Under the pieces are notes generated by a model. The model was not told the DNA's origin and did not search any database. It saw only the letters and a list, made by a program, of their open reading frames with translations. The position numbers and the translations under genes were made by a program. Positions 58,443-64,000 of a stretch of 64,000 nucleotides of DNA are shown here, piece after piece; position 1 is the stretch's first letter; every line of letters begins with the position of its first letter. The DNA lies in the NCBI GenBank assembly GCA_964016885.1, contig OZ024741.1:15500001-15564000 (forward strand), in the 5' to 3' direction. The stretch is from Eledone cirrhosa. Lineage: Eukaryota.

Positions 58443-58689
58443 ATAAAAACCTAATTAAGTAATGAAAAAAAGAGGGGGAAGGAGAAAAGAAGGGCTGATC
58501 TGGCTGTATAGGAAAGTAGAGGAAAGGACTGTAATGCCATAAATGGGGGGGGGGGAGTAGGAAAATAAAACTCAAAGAATAAAAAAGATAAAGAATATAA
58601 TGAAGATATGAGGTGAGGAATATCATATCAAACATATCATTTAGAGAGCAACCCTTTCCTGCCCCTTCTTCTTTTTCTTTTTCTACTAT

Positions 58690-58723
<34 letters not shown>

Positions 58724-58925
58724 TCTTCTTCTTCTTCTTCTTTTTCTTCTTCTTCTTCTTCTTCTTTTTCTTCTTCTTCTTCTTCTTCTTCTTCTGAGGG
58801 TCGTGGGAGCAGAGTCCTCAAACACTCCCTCCAGCGGCTCCTATCAGAAGCAACTGTCTCCAACTGATTCGGCTGGATCCCCAAGTGAGACCAGCCAAGC
58901 TCATGGATGTAATCCAACCATCTTG
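58690..58925 (-). mobile_element. RTE LINE 3' end with (GAA)n tail
   Basis: WLDYIHELGWSHLGIQPNQLETVASDRSRWRECLRTLLPRPS then (GAA)n. Confidence 0.85.
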
Positions 58926-59082
58926 TGTGTGTGACAGCTCACACCTATGTGTGTGTGTGTGTGTGTGACAGCTCACACCTATGTGTGTGTGTGTGTGACA
59001 GCTCACACCTATGCAAGTTTAGCTGGCCTCCCCCAAGGTACATCTAGTTGGAAGTGTCTTGGGTGATTTAATGACATACATA

Positions 59083-59690
59083 ATGGTTTCTTATATAGGC
59101 ACAAGGCCAGCAATTTTGAGGGAGGGGAAAGTCTATTAAATTGACCTCCAGTGCGTGACTGGTACTTTATTTTATCGACCCCGCAAGGATGAAAGGCAAA
59201 GTTAACCTCGGCGGGATTTGAACTCAGAATGGCAAGGGCCGTAACTCTATACCTCAAAGCATGGCGTCCGACCCTCTACCGATACTGCCAATCCACCAAC
59301 AAGAGTAGATTTTTAAAACAATGTGGGAGTGGAAAGTCGATGAAATTGAACGCACTACATAACTGGTACTTTATTATATCGACCTTGAAAGGATATAAGG
59401 CAAAGTTGAATCCGGCAGGATTTGAACTCAGAACTTCAAGATCCCTAACTAAATACAAGTGCCAGTCAATAATATTTATGGTTTCTATTTTACTTACAAG
59501 TCCAGAAATTATGGAAGAAGCTGTTAAATCGACCCCAGTACTTAACTGGTACTCTCTTTTGTCAACACCGAAGGTATGAAAAGCAAATTTGACCTGGTGG
59601 GATGTGTACACAGAACGTAAAATTCCGCATATAAATGCCGCAAGACATGCTGTCCAACGCTCTAACAATTCTGAAATTAACCGCTGACAA
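59083..59690 (-). mobile_element. One young and two older Deu/Nin-type SINEs in tandem
   Basis: Repeated CTGGTACTT..ATCGACCC..GGCAAAGTT..GGATTTGAACTCAG blocks. Confidence 0.8.
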
Positions 59691-60124
59691 AGCACAGGAA
59701 GAAATCCAATACAAATTTTATTTAATATATATATTTATTTAAAAAATCCCACCTCAGACCAATGTCGCTTTTATAACAATTTCACCATTTGCAGTCATAG
59801 CAACCCTTTTTTTTCTTTTTAATAAACACTTAACTGGGATATTTTAAAGAATCGTAAAGCTGATGTTTAAGGGTGGGGGGGGGGTCATTATAACTACAGC
59901 AATTATATCGCAATTTTGCTGGTCTTTATCCGAAGAATCAGCAATAAAATTCGTAATTAAGGAGGGATTTAAACAAACTATTCCCCCACACACCACACCA
60001 CTCCTCTCCTCCAGCCATGTTTCAATCAATGTCATAATATGGCTGCCAGTTGTCTCCCTGACACATTGAAGTGGGTGCAGCCATGTGTAGTAGTTGTAGT
60101 AGTAGCAGACACGCAGAAAACCAC

Positions 60125-60271
<147 letters not shown>

Positions 60272-60734
60272 CCGTATCCACTTAACAGCCGATAGAAAAG
60301 AATATTCAATACAGAAGTAGAGTTGAGTTTAAATGTTTATTTTACGAAGGCTAAATTGTGAATCTTGTTACTCTGGAGATTCGCCTGCTTCTCACAGGGT
60401 CATGCGACAAGACACTGTAAGAAACAGACCAAACTCCATAGTATCAATGTTGTTTTTTTGTTTTTGTTGTTACAGCTCACACCTATGCAGGTTTAGCTGG
60501 CCTCCTCCAAGGTATATCTCGTTTGAGGTGTCTTGGGTGATTTAATGATAGGGACCCCAGTCCTATCATCTCATTTCTACAGCTGAGTAAACTGGAGTAA
60601 CGTGAAATAAAGTGTCTTGCTCAAGGAAACAACACATCAACCTTTCGATTGCAAGCCCAATGCTCTAACCACTAAGCCATCCGCCTTCACCATAGTATCA
60701 ATACATACATATAAATAAATATCAATAAGTATCA

Positions 60735-61510
<776 letters not shown>

Positions 61511-61515
61511 TTATT

Positions 61516-61572
<57 letters not shown>

Positions 61573-61664
61573 GGAAGCAATATAAGGTTGCACTTACCAA
61601 TGAACGGTCGTAAATACCTGGATAAAATCCTTTTTTTAATGCTTACCTGTGTTTTCTCTTTTAT

Positions 61665-61714
<50 letters not shown>

Positions 61715-61717
<3 letters not shown>

Positions 61718-62367
61718 CACCAACCTGAGGTATATGATTTTTAATGCGATGAAATATCAATGATGGTTGGCAAATCACTGACGAGGGACTAATTTTATCA
61801 TATGTAACCCATGTGCAACCACGCAGTATACTCCTTTCTTCTCATGTTTTTTATATATATTTACCTCGGCTGCGTTTGTCTGTTTCTCTCTTACTGCTTT
61901 CCCGTTCTCTCTGTTTCTCTCACCTTCTTTCACCCCCTCTGTCAGTTACACTTTCTCTCGACTGACCTCTTCCTCGCACTTCCACTCACTCTCTGTTTCT
62001 CCCCTTCTCACTTCCTCCCGTTTGGCTAGTAGTGGGTTCTCTTCTTGCTCACATCTCACTCACGTCGGACGGTCTGTATCTTGATCGCTCATGAAATCCA
62101 CCCAGATTATGCTGACCGGATAACCATGTTGCTTGTTTATTTTCCTATCTTCGGTTTGTTTTTATCCTTCTATGTTGTTTACTTGTCTCACTCGCTTTAC
62201 GCGCTTTACTTGTCCCAATAGCTTTTTTTAGTTATTGCTCGCACCAACCTGAGGTATATGATTTTTAATGCGATGAAATATCAATGATGGTTGGCAAATC
62301 ACTGACGAGGGACTAATTTTATCATATGTAACCCATGTGCAACCACACAGTATTCTTCTTTCTTCTC

Positions 62368-62375
<8 letters not shown>
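61715..62375 (+). mobile_element. Non-coding element with ~135-bp terminal direct repeats in (TA)n
   Basis: Repeats start at 61715 and 62239 (period 524); each has a decayed hammerhead-like ccaac CTGAGGT...GAAA...gttgg. Confidence 0.65.
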
Positions 62376-62413
<38 letters not shown>

Positions 62414-62531
62414 TAATAATAAATCTGAAGACTAAAATCCAAAGAGTGATTTGTTTTTTTAGTTTCAGAAGATCCCGTTAAGGGTGAAAGCAGCGATTCT
62501 TTGATTAAACTTTAATCTGTTATTTTAATAA

Positions 62532-62612
<81 letters not shown>

Positions 62613-62618
<6 letters not shown>

Positions 62619-62853
62619 AATAAGATAACAACGACGATTGGTTACTCTTCATTACGTTTATTGGTTGGTGACGCGCGTTTCGCCACTGACCACTGACGAT
62701 CTGTATCGATCCGACCTGACTCTGTAATGCGCGGCTCGTCAAACCCCTTGTAATTACAAGGCGTCTTACGATTGGTCAGTGGCGAAACGCGCGTCACCAA
62801 CCAATAAACGCAATGAAGGGGTAACCAATCGCCCTTGTTATCTTATTTAACTA
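62613..62853. mobile_element. Fold-back element carrying the 3' half of a hammerhead
   Basis: ~80-bp inverted arms; gc GAAA cgcgcg TC acca with palindromic ACGCGCGT; no CUGANGA half present. Confidence 0.7.
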
Positions 62854-64000
62854 TAATACACTCTGTATAGCTCTACACCTCGACACTAGTGAACCTAAAC
62901 ATCGAGTGCTCTCCCGAGTGAACCTACAGTTACTCCAAGTTACACTCCCTGGATATATATATATATATATATAAACATATTTAATTAAGAATGGTTCTTT
63001 AGAGGGTATTGGGAAGAAACCACAATTGTATAAAGTACTCAATGCATTAATTGAAAGGATACATAATTATTTCTACAGAACAAGAACTGTTTCATTCGTT
63101 TGAAATAATCAGGAGAATATCTAAATAAAGTTCATGTATGTGTGAATGTGTATTTTGCGACGTATGTCGACGTGGTATATAATATCTTCGATAAAGTCGA
63201 GAAAGGCGGTGTTTCACGCAGAAGGACCCTTGGTGTATATGTTCGGGGGCGAGGAACTTGCACTCCTCGTTACTCTAATTCACGTGACTATAGCTAAGAA
63301 TCCTAGAATCCTAGTAGTTGTCACCTTTCTTCCTCGTAATCGTAATTCTGGTGTAGGTAGGCTTTACAACAACCATTCGCTCTATTGTACGAGTTTGAGT
63401 TTCTTTCATGATTTTTTTCCAATATGGTTGTTCCAATATGGTTGCTCCTATTAGATGGGTCGTCTTCCTCTTGGTAGTTTCTAGAAATAGTTTTCTATAT
63501 ATTGGTATACTTGGGATACGGTCCCTTTACAAATCCCTTTATAGTTCCAGAGACTTTCTTTTTGGAAAGAATTATTTCTCTTTCTTCCTGTTACTGGACA
63601 GAATTGCTTTGTATTGTGATGATCTCTGTGTTTTGTTAAATATCGTTTCTTGGTGTTGCTTGAATTTCCCTTTACGTGTTTTGTTCCTGGAGGTCTCTTA
63701 CTTTAAAAACCGAATGATCAGAATCATACTCCTTTGTTTTAATTCTTCCTCTTACTTGGAATTCCAGTTTTTCATATTTTCGAGGGATGCTAGTTCTGCA
63801 TTTTCACATGTTTCTGGATATTTCCTTATAGTGAATCATAAACCCATTTTTAAGATTCCCCTGGCATTTCTTCAATATTTATATATCTGCTCATTGACCG
63901 ACGTTCTCAATCGTAAGTGTTCAAGTTACATATTTATTTTACTTAGGAATATTTTTGGCGCAGTATTCTTTGCCCCTCACTGATTGTTTTCATTTGCTAT

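Overview
Eukaryotic, AT-rich, microsatellite-saturated DNA with no recognisable host protein-coding exon. The SINE types and repeat landscape suggest a coleoid cephalopod, probably Octopus (inference). Almost all ORFs in the track are simple-repeat artefacts. Genuine coding remnants all come from transposons: a near full-length Tx1/L1-clade LINE (minus, ~36.5-42.2 kb), a Helitron with a PIF1 helicase fragment, two RTE families, a CR1/L2-type 3' end, a mariner remnant and GIY-YIG C-termini of Penelope-like elements (PLEs). The main hidden signal is a dense set of short elements inserted in (TA)n tracts, often as fold-backs or partial tandems, that carry type I hammerhead ribozymes. By eye I found 12 with a canonical CUGANGA/GAAA core and about 8 variant or decayed ones, from roughly 10 families with little sequence similarity. 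Many have a palindromic helix III and some have non-canonical cores. This looks like a PLE/retrozyme system. A non-repetitive long imperfect hairpin at ~8.8-9.2 kb is also noted. All folds were read manually and none has been tested.
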